Positions 27,605 through 35,977 of a stretch of DNA of 41,886 nt are shown here, piece after piece. The notes under the pieces were generated by a model. The model made no database searches. It was not told the origin of the DNA and saw nothing but the letters and a program-made list of their open reading frames with translations. The DNA is from a virus (lineage: Duplodnaviria; Caudoviricetes). The translations under genes and the position numbers were made by a program. Each line of letters opens with the position of its first letter. Within the stretch, counting starts at the first letter, position 1. The stretch lies in IMG/VR virus record IMGVR_UViG_3300046380_000005, positions 1-41,886 of that record; one strand, given 5' to 3'.

Positions 27605-27699
27605 GCTTAATATCCGCAAATCGGATAAATAAGCAAGCGTCGATTTATCCGTTATTAGCTACGGCGCGCATTTCTTCGTTGGCGCACTATCCGCAAATG
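27605..27699. promoter_or_regulatory. OR immunity region (PR/PRM) with a 17-bp operator
   Basis: Palindrome TATCCG-CAAAT-CGGATA at 27611-27627, further TATCCG half-sites near 27646 and 27688, and a minus-strand TTGCTT-N18-TATTAA candidate promoter. Confidence 0.7.
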
Positions 27700-28275
27700 A
27701 GCGAATCAGGCCTTGTAGAACGAATTAAGATTGTGATGCGCGACCGCAAGGTGACGCAAGCGGAGTTAGCTAAAGTAGCCGGGATGCCCTCCCAGTCAGC
27801 CATGTCGAATGTTCTCAAGGGCATCAGGCGGTTGACGCTCAAGGAGGCAGCCGAAATCAAGACGTATTTAGGATTGGAAGAAACCCCATCTGTACAATGG
27901 GTGCCGTTGATCGGCTTGGCGTACGCAGGAAATTGGAATGAAGCTATTCAGATGAGTGGGGGCAGTATCGCAATCCCTATGGGCAAGGCCGGTAGGGAGG
28001 CGTTCGCGGTAGAAATTCGAGGCGACAGCATGGACAAGCTGCTCCCTGAGGGCGGTTGGGCCGTGGTCGATCCTGCACAGATCAATCTGTTTACGGGGCG
28101 CGTCTATCTGATCCAAAATGGGGACGATGACGTGACGATAAAACGCTACGCATCCGATCCAGCTCGCTTGGAACCGGTCTCGAATAACGATATGCACAAG
28201 CCTATCATGTTAACGGGGCTTCATTATCGGGTGATTGGGCGCGTCGTTGCGTATGGGAACGACGAAGGACTGTGA
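27697..28275 (+). CDS. cI: CI-like repressor (XRE HTH plus S24 peptidase)
   Basis: VTQAELAKVAGMPSQSAMSNVLKG HTH, Ala-Gly cleavage site (YAG), catalytic GDSM and TIKR. No SD at ATG 27697, so possibly leaderless. Confidence 0.9.
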   Translation: MSESGLVERIKIVMRDRKVTQAELAKVAGMPSQSAMSNVLKGIRRLTLKEAAEIKTYLGLEETPSVQWVPLIGLAYAGNWNEAIQMSGGSIAIPMGKAGREAFAVEIRGDSMDKLLPEGGWAVVDPAQINLFTGRVYLIQNGDDDVTIKRYASDPARLEPVSNNDMHKPIMLTGLHYRVIGRVVAYGNDEGL

Positions 28276-28730
28276 GAACCAACTGGTTGCAGATTGGCAG
28301 CGTTCAGTCGATCAGCTTGGTCGTTGACGGCGCCTTAATTTACCTCCTGCTCAAATGGTTCGACCCGCAGAACGTTCAGCACGCGCTGCTTGTTACGTTC
28401 ATGTTCTGGATAGCGTCGGCCGGCATTCTTTCGTATTTTTGGGTGAAGAACGCGGCGCTCACTTTAATGATAAGGGATGACGCCGCTCCCCTACTCCTGG
28501 CGAACGAGCTAATTGGGTTTTCTCTCCCCAAGCCCGAGCGGTGGCAGAACGCGGAGCTGTATCTTCAATCCGTTATGGACGGCGACGAACCCGACGAAGT
28601 ACGCCAAAAAGCGTCATATTATCTGGGGTGCTACAAGACGTGTCACGTCAATTTGAGCCTCGCTAAGTTCTTGGCATACGACGATATGTGGAGTCGCGCT
28701 TTGAATATTTTGCGTCAGAGGCGAAAATAA
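28272..28730 (+). CDS. Two-TM membrane protein coupled to cI (rex/sie position)
   Basis: GTGA overlap with the cI stop; two hydrophobic segments; visibly more AT-rich than its flanks. Confidence 0.65.
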   Translation: MRTNWLQIGSVQSISLVVDGALIYLLLKWFDPQNVQHALLVTFMFWIASAGILSYFWVKNAALTLMIRDDAAPLLLANELIGFSLPKPERWQNAELYLQSVMDGDEPDEVRQKASYYLGCYKTCHVNLSLAKFLAYDDMWSRALNILRQRRK

Positions 28731-28772
28731 TCCGATTATCGGATTGACATAGATATCCGAAAAGCGGATAAC
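28729..28772 (+). promoter_or_regulatory. OL/PL: two operators overlapping a sigma70 promoter
   Basis: AATCCG-ATTAT-CGGATT (28729-28745) and TATCCG-AAAAG-CGGATA (28754-28770) share the OR consensus; TTGACA(28744)-N17-GATAAC. Confidence 0.85.
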
Positions 28773-28810
28773 ACCTCTCAGGGACAAACGGTCTCTGGGA
28801 GGAATGAACG

Positions 28811-29068
28811 GTGGCGAACAAGCCGATCAGCGATAGCCTTCTCGACCAATTGCAGGACGAGATGCGGGAAATGGCCCGCGACCTTCGCGCACAATCTGCA
28901 GCCGCCTGCGAAGATGACGATGCCAAGCTCAGCCGCGAGCTGGCTTGGATGTTCGATGACGTGGCTGGTGATCGCGGTCTGCTCGTGCGGTTCGCCTTCC
29001 TGCTCCGCAAGCATTCCGATAAGCATGGCGCGCTCGCTGAAATTACCGGCGCAACGGTGTCGGCATGA
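28811..29068 (+). CDS. Early hypothetical protein
   Basis: First ORF after PL; SD GGAGG. Confidence 0.65.
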   Translation: MANKPISDSLLDQLQDEMREMARDLRAQSAAACEDDDAKLSRELAWMFDDVAGDRGLLVRFAFLLRKHSDKHGALAEITGATVSA

Positions 29069-29334
29069 CCGCGCACCAGACCATAACCGCAGACCCTGCC
29101 AGCCTGATCGCAGCCAAGCTAGCGAGCGGTGAGCTGTATACGATGAGCCGCGAGGACGTTGAGGATCGCGCTGGCGGTGGTGTTTACATTCGCCGCGATG
29201 GTGATGTCGAGGTTGCTTACTGGCGTAACCGGATAGGGCAGCCTTGGCAGGAATGCGCGATTGACGTTCCGCTTTGTGGTTCGTGCGATCAGGCCGTCGA
29301 CGCCAAGGGCTTTTGCGCACGGTGTGCATCGTGA
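29065..29334 (+). CDS. Hypothetical protein with C-terminal CxxC..CxxC
   Basis: ATGA coupling; CGSC...CARC. Confidence 0.6.
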   Translation: MTAHQTITADPASLIAAKLASGELYTMSREDVEDRAGGGVYIRRDGDVEVAYWRNRIGQPWQECAIDVPLCGSCDQAVDAKGFCARCAS

Positions 29335-29606
29335 TCGCGCTAGCAGCCGTGCTGGCAGCGATCGGTCCGGCTCCGCGTCGCTATCCTATCGAGCATAGCA
29401 CGCGTGAAACCCGCTACGGGCCATGGCGTATCTACTACGACGCGCCTCCAATCCCAAGCCGCAACTGCGATTGGCGTTGGTATCACGACGACTTCGACGG
29501 TGCCCCTGACGGCAATGATAATCGCTACGGATCGTGCCCATCCTTCGCCGACGCGCTGAACGAGTGCGACGAGTACGAGGATGATGCAGCGGAGCAATCC
29601 GCATGA
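29331..29606 (+). CDS. Hypothetical protein
   Basis: GTGA coupling; PPIPSRNCDWRWYHDDFDGAPD..D.RYG phage-type motif. Confidence 0.6.
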   Translation: MIALAAVLAAIGPAPRRYPIEHSTRETRYGPWRIYYDAPPIPSRNCDWRWYHDDFDGAPDGNDNRYGSCPSFADALNECDEYEDDAAEQSA

Positions 29607-29746
29607 CCCCTCTCGCAATCGCCATCCTCCACGCAATAGCGGGAACCTGCTTTGCACTGAGTGGAGCCCTCGCGATCGGTGCGCTTATCGCCACGATCGT
29701 TCCGAACCTTTCCAAGATTATTGCTGCGTTGAGGGGCGGGAAATGA
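29603..29746 (+). CDS. Small hydrophobic peptide (47 aa)
   Basis: Manual translation MTPLAIAILHAIAGTCFALSGALAIGALIATIVPNLSKIIAALRGGK*; ATGA coupling at both ends. Confidence 0.55.
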   Translation: MTPLAIAILHAIAGTCFALSGALAIGALIATIVPNLSKIIAALRGGK

Positions 29747-30063
29747 AGGGCGCTTCGCTTCGCGACCGGGCTACTCAGGCTTCGCCCCAAGCCCCTGCGG
29801 GTCTTGGCCATTCGGTGAGTATCCCTAGCGCTGACGAGATGCAGCAGGTCTACGATCTGATCATTCATACCTGCCAGTATGGCCCGCATCACGAGGCGGG
29901 AGCGATAGCGCTTCGGACAATCAACCATCTGCTTAAGGCGGCTACGGTCCTGCAATCACACAACAATCCAACACGCCCGCGCACGTCGCGCACACGGGCA
30001 CCGGGGGAAGAGCTGACTAGCATCCCTGCTTCCCCCGGAAGCAATAAGGAAGGCGTGAAATGA
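29743..30063 (+). CDS. Hypothetical protein whose N-terminus is encoded by structured element A
   Basis: ATGA coupling at both ends. Confidence 0.5.
   Translation: MKGASLRDRATQASPQAPAGLGHSVSIPSADEMQQVYDLIIHTCQYGPHHEAGAIALRTINHLLKAATVLQSHNNPTRPRTSRTRAPGEELTSIPASPGSNKEGVK
29748..29831 (-). repeat. Dispersed structured element, copy A
   Basis: Minus strand GCGCT AGGGAT ACTCA CCGAATGG CCAAGAC CCGCAGG GGCTTGG GGCGAAGCC TGAGT AGCCCGG TCGCGAAGCGA AGCGC CC. Confidence 0.8.
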
Positions 30064-30215
30064 CCCCCCAGATCAAAACATATCGTGGCGATGGTGGCTG
30101 GCACGCTGAGACGCGAATTCCTCAGTGGGGCACATTCGGCAAGTGGAGCAAGTCCAAGCGCAGAGCTGTCGAACGCCTCCGAGAGTACGTCAAGCAGTGG
30201 GAGCCAGTGGCATGA
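30060..30215 (+). CDS. Small hypothetical protein (51 aa)
   Basis: Manual translation MTPQIKTYRGDGGWHAETRIP...WEPVA*; ATGA coupling at both ends. Confidence 0.55.
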   Translation: MTPQIKTYRGDGGWHAETRIPQWGTFGKWSKSKRRAVERLREYVKQWEPVA

Positions 30216-30907
30216 TACCGAACGCACCGCCCGTTGAGGTTCACGGCCTCCACATCGACGACCTTTACGACGAGGCAAAGGGTATCCTCGACGGCGCTGG
30301 TGTCAAGACAGACGCCGATGCTGCGATGGTTGCCAAACTACTCGATATGCTGCGCCAAGCGAGCAAGTCCGCCGATGAGCAGCGCAAGATCGAAAAGCAA
30401 CCGCACGATGACGCAGCCAAGGCTGTCCAGTCGGCATGGAAGCCGTTGCTCGACAAGTGCGAACTAGCATCAAGTGTATGCAAGAAGGCGCTTGCTCCGT
30501 TTCTGGCCGAGAAAGAGGCAGCACAGCGCGCGGAGGCCGAGAAGGCAAGGATTGCTGCCGAGCAAGCACAGAAGGCCGCTGCTGAGGCTCTACGCGCCGT
30601 ACAGCCCGACGACTTGGACGCGCGCGAAAAGGCCGAGGCCGCAATCAAGGAAGCGAACAAGGCCAGCAAGTCCGCCGCCAAGCTGGATAAGTCCAAGGCC
30701 CATGCGATGGGCGGTAGCCGCGCTATCGGTTTGCGATCTTACTGGATTGCCGAACTGGTCGATCCTGTCGCGGCGCTCAAATATTATCGTGAGCATCAGC
30801 CCGACGCCTTGAAGGATTGGCTGGTCGATCAAGCGCAGCGCGATGCCAATGCCGGCGCTCGTAATATCCCAGGATTCAACTTGAACGAAGATCGGAGGGC
30901 GGCATGA
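30212..30907 (+). CDS. Coiled-coil recombination-module protein (Gam/gp157-like position)
   Basis: R..EKQPHDDAAKAV...W motif, long Ala/Glu/Lys coil and C-terminal IPGF; adjacent to the annealase. Confidence 0.6.
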   Translation: MIPNAPPVEVHGLHIDDLYDEAKGILDGAGVKTDADAAMVAKLLDMLRQASKSADEQRKIEKQPHDDAAKAVQSAWKPLLDKCELASSVCKKALAPFLAEKEAAQRAEAEKARIAAEQAQKAAAEALRAVQPDDLDAREKAEAAIKEANKASKSAAKLDKSKAHAMGGSRAIGLRSYWIAELVDPVAALKYYREHQPDALKDWLVDQAQRDANAGARNIPGFNLNEDRRAA

Positions 30908-31566
30908 GCTTCAACCCCACCTCGTTGACTGCACCGTTTGCGCCCTCCGCTATTAGCTGGCGCGCTCAATCGGTCAGCAACAAAAACCCCGAAGCCCCGA
31001 AGGCAATGGCGCTTGCGTATATCGACGCCCGCGACGTGATGAACCGCCTTGATGATGTGTGCGGCATTGACGGTTGGGAGGACAGTTACACTGAAACCCC
31101 GCTTGGCAGGGTTATTTGCACAATCCGCATTCGTTGCGGCGAAGGCTGGGTTTCAAAGTCGGATGGAGCTGGAAAGACGGACGTAGAGGGCGACAAGGGC
31201 GGAATTTCCGACGCATTCAAGCGTGCTGCCGTCAAGTGGGGAATAGGACGCTACCTATACGATATGCCCACCCCATGGGTCGCGTGTGAGCTTTACAATG
31301 GCAAGTGGAGCAAGTGGACGCCGGCAGGTCTGGCTGAGCTACAGCGCATCGCTAGCAAGAACTCCCCCACCGTTCCGCAAGGAATGCTCGAAACAACGCA
31401 ATTGATGATCGATGCAATCAACGCGTGCGAGACGCAGATAGCGCTCAAAGGCTGGCTCCGCGATAACAAGAAAGCAGCGCTCGATAGCCCCGACCATCTC
31501 CTGATCACGGACACCTACAACGCTCGCAAGCTTGAGGTCGAAAAGATGGACACGGTGGCAGCATGA
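30904..31566 (+). CDS. Rad52/Sak-family single-strand annealing protein
   Basis: LAYIDARDVMNRLDDVCG..GW, KSDG and KGGISDAFKRAAVKWGIGRYLY motifs. Confidence 0.9.
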   Translation: MSFNPTSLTAPFAPSAISWRAQSVSNKNPEAPKAMALAYIDARDVMNRLDDVCGIDGWEDSYTETPLGRVICTIRIRCGEGWVSKSDGAGKTDVEGDKGGISDAFKRAAVKWGIGRYLYDMPTPWVACELYNGKWSKWTPAGLAELQRIASKNSPTVPQGMLETTQLMIDAINACETQIALKGWLRDNKKAALDSPDHLLITDTYNARKLEVEKMDTVAA

Positions 31567-31769
31567 GCCGCTGGAACTACCCCACGGCGGTACGCATGAT
31601 CCGAGCTGCCGCACAGCGCAAGCGCGCAATGCAACTGGCGGATCAAGGGCTACGGTCAAGCGCGATCGAGCGTCGGCTTGGTTTGTCTAGGCGCACGGTA
31701 AACCGCTATTTGCGTGAGGAACGCGAACTAGGAATCAGCGGATTCTACGAAGATGGGTCACCTTACTGA
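31563..31769 (+). CDS. HTH DNA-binding protein
   Basis: GLRSSAIERRLGLSRRTVNRYL. Confidence 0.7.
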   Translation: MSRWNYPTAVRMIRAAAQRKRAMQLADQGLRSSAIERRLGLSRRTVNRYLREERELGISGFYEDGSPY

Positions 31770-32116
31770 TGCTGCCCCGGCGTATCCCCAAGCCAGCAAA
31801 GCGCGCGAGCCGCTGGCGTAGTCAGTCGCATTGCAACTTCATTCGATCACACGAATGCTGTGTTCCATGTTGCGCAGGTAGGCCAATCGAGGTCGCACAT
31901 GTCCGTAATGGATCGGGCGCCGGGGTAGGGCAGAAGCCGGACGACTGGAACGCAGTCAGCCTTTGCCAGCATCATCACACGATGCAGCACGCGCTAGGTG
32001 AGCAGACATTCTGGTCGAACTTCCAGAAGAATCCGGCCGACTTAATCGAGGCATTCATCAAGGCCAGCCCCAAGGGCGCCGAGATCAACCTAATTCGACG
32101 GGAGCGCGCAAAATGA
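31769..32116 (+). CDS. HNH-like nuclease (DUF968 family)
   Basis: HCNFIR...CC..C...EVAHVR....G.G.KPDD..AVSLC..HH..QH..GE..FW. Confidence 0.75.
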   Translation: MLPRRIPKPAKRASRWRSQSHCNFIRSHECCVPCCAGRPIEVAHVRNGSGAGVGQKPDDWNAVSLCQHHHTMQHALGEQTFWSNFQKNPADLIEAFIKASPKGAEINLIRRERAK

Positions 32117-32511
32117 TCGGCCAGACTGTCCGCCTAGTCGGACCAACGCAAAAGACCTTCGCCAAGCGGTTGATCGACGCCGCACCCGATGGAGCGATCC
32201 TTAACATTCGCGAGGGCACGCGCACGATAGACCAGAACTCTTTGCTCTGGGTTCTACTCTCCGAGATTGCCCGCGCGAAGCCGCAGGGCAGGGTGCTTTC
32301 GACGGACGTTTGGAAAAGTTTGTTCATGGCGGCGTGTGGGCATCAGGTCAGGTTTGAACCGAGCCTCGATGGCAACGGCGTTGTGCCGATGGGCTTTCGT
32401 TCGTCACGGCTCACCAAGGCAGAGATGAGCGATCTGATCGAGTGCATCTACGCCTACGGGGCCGAGCATAACGTTCCCTTATCAGATACCGATGAGAGAG
32501 AGGCGGCATGA
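32113..32511 (+). CDS. ninB: NinB/Orf recombination mediator
   Basis: RTIDQNSLLW..LSEIA...WK.LF...SSRLTKAEMSDLIECIYAYGAEHNV. Confidence 0.88.
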   Translation: MIGQTVRLVGPTQKTFAKRLIDAAPDGAILNIREGTRTIDQNSLLWVLLSEIARAKPQGRVLSTDVWKSLFMAACGHQVRFEPSLDGNGVVPMGFRSSRLTKAEMSDLIECIYAYGAEHNVPLSDTDEREAA

Positions 32512-32759
32512 TGGGGGACGGAATATCCAAATTGACGCCAAAGGACCAAGGGTTGCGGCTGGCTGAGGATTCCATGAGGGTTTACCAAGGCTATAGTCCT
32601 GTCTTCAGCGTGGGGCAGCACCTTGAGTTGCTGATCCAGCGAGTTGATGCGCTAGAGGCCGCGCAAGCGATCGCAGCGCGCAGCGATGAGACGCAAAGCG
32701 GCTCAGCCGAAGGCAAGAGCGCGGACCCGCAGGGTTGCGCCCAAGGAGGCCAATCATGA
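32508..32759 (+). CDS. Hypothetical protein whose C-terminus is encoded by structured element B
   Basis: ATGA coupling at both ends. Confidence 0.55.
   Translation: MMGDGISKLTPKDQGLRLAEDSMRVYQGYSPVFSVGQHLELLIQRVDALEAAQAIAARSDETQSGSAEGKSADPQGCAQGGQS
32661..32742 (+). repeat. Dispersed structured element, copy B
   Basis: GCGCA AGCGAT CGCAG CGCGCAGCG A TGAGAC GCAAAGC GGCTCA GCCGAAGGC AAG AGCGCGG ACCCGCAGGGT TGCGC CC. Confidence 0.8.
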
Positions 32760-32908
32760 ACGCCCCGGCACATCTCCGTATAGCAAATCGCGACCACGAA
32801 GCCCGAGTAATGGCCCTACGCCAGAGGCTTTGCGACATTGATCCGCTAGCAATTCACAAGCTCCGTCTACGAGCAAAGTGGGTCAGGGAATATGGAGGGG
32901 TGCGGTGA
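32756..32908 (+). CDS. Small hypothetical protein (50 aa)
   Basis: Manual translation MNAPAHLRIANRDHEARV...EYGGVR*; SD AAGGAGG; coupled at both ends. Confidence 0.55.
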   Translation: MNAPAHLRIANRDHEARVMALRQRLCDIDPLAIHKLRLRAKWVREYGGVR

Positions 32909-33138
32909 GAATTCCTTGGATCGTTGCGCATACTGTCGCGGCAGTGTGGAATGGCGTGCTTCTGTTGTGCCTGGGCCTTGAGCTATTTACCACGGGGAAC
33001 CTATCGATTTCAGCAGAAGCGGCGCACACAATTTCTGCATCCACAACTATCATTATGCTTTCCGGTTTCGGGTGCTCGATCGCTGTTGTCTTGCGTGCGC
33101 TACTGACGCCACCCCATACCACAAGAGAGATGCCGTGA
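32905..33138 (+). CDS. Small two-TM membrane protein
   Basis: GTGA coupling, SD GGAGG and two hydrophobic segments. Confidence 0.55.
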   Translation: MRIPWIVAHTVAAVWNGVLLLCLGLELFTTGNLSISAEAAHTISASTTIIMLSGFGCSIAVVLRALLTPPHTTREMP

Positions 33139-33317
33139 CGGCAAGACCCGCTCGCTTTCTGGAGGTTGACCTTAAACGCGCGGTGTCAGCCGTGGCGAAG
33201 TCTGGCGTCCGTGATGCTCGGGTCGAGATCAGCCTAGACGGCACGATCACGGTCGTCATGGGCGCGGCTGCTAAGTTGTCGAACCGCCGCAACACATGCG
33301 ATGACTTGCTCGACTGA
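33135..33317 (+). CDS. Putative excisionase
   Basis: MTARPARFLEVDLKRAVSAVAKSG...RVEISLDGTI pattern; TGATG coupling to the integrase. Confidence 0.6.
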   Translation: MTARPARFLEVDLKRAVSAVAKSGVRDARVEISLDGTITVVMGAAAKLSNRRNTCDDLLD

Positions 33318-34441
33318 TGGCACGCCCGCGCTTCCTTCCTAAGTACGTCACGCGGTTCACTGATCGCCATGGCAAGACACGGTATCGCTATCGGCGCGCG
33401 GGTTATGCCGGCGGATATTTTAAGGCGTCACTTGGGACTGAGGAGTTTCGCGCCGAATATGCCGAGTTCGAGGCATCGGCGATCGAAGCACGGCCCCGCA
33501 CGAGCCGCTGGGAGCGCGATAGCGTGGGCGACGTAGTGTCGCGCTACCTGTCGTCACCAGCACGGCTTGGGCCTTCCAAAACGACCCAGGCAAAGGTGCG
33601 CCGCATCGTTGACAAGTTCCGTGAGGAGCACGGCAAGCGCATGATGGCCGACTTCCGGTTCGAGCACATCGACAAAATCATCGAGGCAAAGCGCGATAAG
33701 GTCCAGAAGGGCAATCGCATTGAGGGAGGAATCGAGGCCGCGCGCAAACTCCGCAAGGAACTGGTGCGGCTGTTCGACTATGCGATCAAGCTGCGCATCA
33801 GAACGGACAATCCAGTGAGGCAGGCGGAAAAGGTTCGCGTGCCCGCAGGCGAGCGGTCCAAGGGCTATCACACCTGGACAGAGGCAGAGATCGCACAATA
33901 CCGGGCCAAGCATAAGCTGGGCACCAATGCGCGGCTCGCGATGGAGCTGATGCTTTGGACTGGTCAACGCCGCGGCGATGCTATCCGGTTGTGCCCCGAT
34001 GACATTCTCGCGGGCAGGGTGGGTCTTGTCGTCAACAAGACGGGCAAGGAACTTATCCTCACCCTCGCGCCGCAATTGCTGACGGCGATAGAGGCGATGA
34101 CGCCCGTTCCCAATGCCAAGAGCTTCCTGATCAATTCGTATGGCCGCCCGTACACAAATGCGGGGTTCGGCAACAAAATGCGCGAGTGGTGCGACGAAGC
34201 AGGCTTGCCACAATGTACCGCCCACGGGCTGCGTAAGGCGATGATGCGCCGCATGGCTGATCTGAACATGGCGAACCGCACATTAAAATCGGTGTCCGGC
34301 CACACGCGAGATGAGGAAGTCTCGCTCTATACAGAAGGGGCGAATCAAGCCCGCTTGGCAGACGAGGCGATAGCGCTCGTGAGCAAGTGGGAGTCTAACC
34401 CTAGAAGTCTAACCAACGACAACAATCGCGTAACTACTTAA
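33317..34441 (+). CDS. int: Tyrosine integrase
   Basis: N-terminal arm-binding domain (DRHGKTRYRYRR) and catalytic TGQRRGD, HGLRK, SGH and LYT. Confidence 0.93.
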   Translation: MARPRFLPKYVTRFTDRHGKTRYRYRRAGYAGGYFKASLGTEEFRAEYAEFEASAIEARPRTSRWERDSVGDVVSRYLSSPARLGPSKTTQAKVRRIVDKFREEHGKRMMADFRFEHIDKIIEAKRDKVQKGNRIEGGIEAARKLRKELVRLFDYAIKLRIRTDNPVRQAEKVRVPAGERSKGYHTWTEAEIAQYRAKHKLGTNARLAMELMLWTGQRRGDAIRLCPDDILAGRVGLVVNKTGKELILTLAPQLLTAIEAMTPVPNAKSFLINSYGRPYTNAGFGNKMREWCDEAGLPQCTAHGLRKAMMRRMADLNMANRTLKSVSGHTRDEEVSLYTEGANQARLADEAIALVSKWESNPRSLTNDNNRVTT

Positions 34442-34577
34442 TATGGCTACACATTATTCAGTTGCTTGGAGGCCCGACCGGGGGTTAGACAAGTCAACTG
34501 AATCAATCAGTTGATGAGGTCTAACCATGCAATTATCGGCACGCAATGCCAACGAGTCGCAAGGCAAACGTCTAACC
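34393..34577. other. attP: core identical to a tRNA-Cys-type 3' end, with arm-type repeats and an IHF-like site
   Basis: Core TGGAGGCCCGACCGG at 34467-34481 (reverse complement CCGGTCGGGCCTCCA). GTCTAACC occurs at 34393, 34407, 34519 and 34570, and inverted at 34483. AATCAATCAGTTG (WATCAANNNNTTR) at 34501. Confidence 0.75.
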
Positions 34578-34710
34578 GTTAGCGGGGTGGGGTTGTGAGC
34601 GGGCTCCGTGCCGTACAGGCCCACCTAACCCGTCTCTGGCAAACAGAAGGATGGCCTGGGGCTATCGCTATCGTGATTATCCTAGCGATGCTTGCTTGGG
34701 CGTGCGTCGA

Positions 34711-35211
34711 ATGAGCGACCTTTTCGCGGGCGCTCACCAGAGCAAACTAGCTCCGGCCGACAATAAATTCCATGTCGGAAACGGCGGTGACGGCAAGCAC
34801 TATTGGCTGACCCCGCCCGAACTTTACGCCGAGCTTGATGCCGAATTTGCGTTCGACTTCGACCGTTGCCCGTATCCTCTGCCAGACGGGTTCGACGGCC
34901 TGACGTGCGAATGGGGCAAGTCCAACTACGTCAATATGCCGTTCGGATCGATCATGCACATGGGCAAGAAGAAAGGCCCGACTGCTTGGGTGCGCAAGGC
35001 GATCGAGGAATGGTCGAAGGGCAAGCGCGTCGTGCTCGTCTACCCGGTCGATAAATGGGTGCTGATGCTTATGAAGGCCATTCTCGGAGAGCACGCCCAA
35101 GTGCGCAATCTCGGCGACGTGAAGTGGCTCGCTACCGAGGACGGATCCATCGGCAAAGGCACCGGCCGCCATATCGCCTGCTTTATTCTTGATCCCAAGG
35201 ACTCAGCATGA
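34711..35211 (+). CDS. Phage Dam-like N6-adenine methyltransferase with atypical motif IV
   Basis: W.TPPELYAELDAEFAFDFD.CP...DGL..EWG.SNYVNMPF...WVRKA..E..KG pattern of small phage MTases. Confidence 0.7.
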   Translation: MSDLFAGAHQSKLAPADNKFHVGNGGDGKHYWLTPPELYAELDAEFAFDFDRCPYPLPDGFDGLTCEWGKSNYVNMPFGSIMHMGKKKGPTAWVRKAIEEWSKGKRVVLVYPVDKWVLMLMKAILGEHAQVRNLGDVKWLATEDGSIGKGTGRHIACFILDPKDSA

Positions 35212-35717
35212 CCTCCCCCACAGACCTAACGAAGCCGATAGAGGAGGGGCGCGTGCCGTTGGCAAAAAGCGCAAATTGCTCCTTCGAACAAGCTGGAGCG
35301 ATGCCTTCGGGCTTCAATCCCTCGCGCGACGAACGACCTTGGCCACTAGGAGGCTATGCTCCGGGGTTTTACTCGTGCCGATGCCATCACTGCGGCAAAG
35401 AGTTTCAAGGAGACAAGAGGTCACTTGAGTGTTTGGAATGCGCGGCCATTTCTGCCCGTTGGTTGCTTAAGAAAGGTCGTGAATTACGTGAAGCGGCTAT
35501 TGGTCTGCACGACGATCTAGTTCTTTGGTCGGAGTACGGTGGACCGCCACTGCCGCCTCAGGTGGTTCGCTCCATGGATGCTTTGATCGGCCTTGTCCGC
35601 GATAGCGATGGAAGCGGCGAAGCCGACAAGACCGGAACGGGCTTGGCCGAAGGCGACAGCGCGGGCCGTAAGGCATCGCCCATGAATAATCCCGCAGCAC
35701 AAGGAGAGGGGAAGTGA
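35208..35717 (+). CDS. Zn-ribbon hypothetical protein whose C-terminus is encoded by element C
   Basis: GYAPG.Y.C.C..C...F.GDKR...C..CA; ATGA coupling. Confidence 0.65.
   Translation: MTSPTDLTKPIEEGRVPLAKSANCSFEQAGAMPSGFNPSRDERPWPLGGYAPGFYSCRCHHCGKEFQGDKRSLECLECAAISARWLLKKGRELREAAIGLHDDLVLWSEYGGPPLPPQVVRSMDALIGLVRDSDGSGEADKTGTGLAEGDSAGRKASPMNNPAAQGEGK
35599..35681 (+). repeat. Dispersed structured element, copy C
   Basis: GCGAT AGCGAT GGAAGC GGCGAAGCC GA CAAGAC CGGAACG GGCTTG GCCGAAGGC GAC AGCGCGG GCCGTAAGGC ATCGC CC. Confidence 0.8.
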
Positions 35718-35977
35718 GCGAGATGATCGAGCGCGTGGCGCGGGCGCTGTGCGAGAGTTTTGGCGTGAACGCTGACGATTGCTATCCCGACGGGTCTGTA
35801 CGTTGGACGGTTTACGTGCAGGCCGCCTGTGCCGCCATCGCCGCCATGCGCCAAGCAACAGAAGCGATGATTGACGATGGCAGCGACGTGCTCATCGGCC
35901 AGAAAATCAGGCGCGGCACTGTTGGATTTGTCTTTCGCGCCATGATCGACACCGCACTAAAGGACGAAGGCGCATGA
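35714..35977 (+). CDS. Hypothetical protein
   Basis: MSEMIERVARAL...AAIAAMR..TEAMI...AMID.AL phage motif; GTGA coupling. Confidence 0.7.
   Translation: MSEMIERVARALCESFGVNADDCYPDGSVRWTVYVQAACAAIAAMRQATEAMIDDGSDVLIGQKIRRGTVGFVFRAMIDTALKDEGA

Noticed and set aside
27382-27696. Long N-terminal extension of cI in the ORF track (similarly for the endolysin, helicase, GNAT-like and DUF6378 ORFs)
   Set aside because: The extensions overlap cro, operators or upstream genes; domain boundaries and coupled downstream starts fit better.
34467-34481. tRNA gene
   Set aside because: Only the 3' 15 nt are present, with no cloverleaf; this is an att core.
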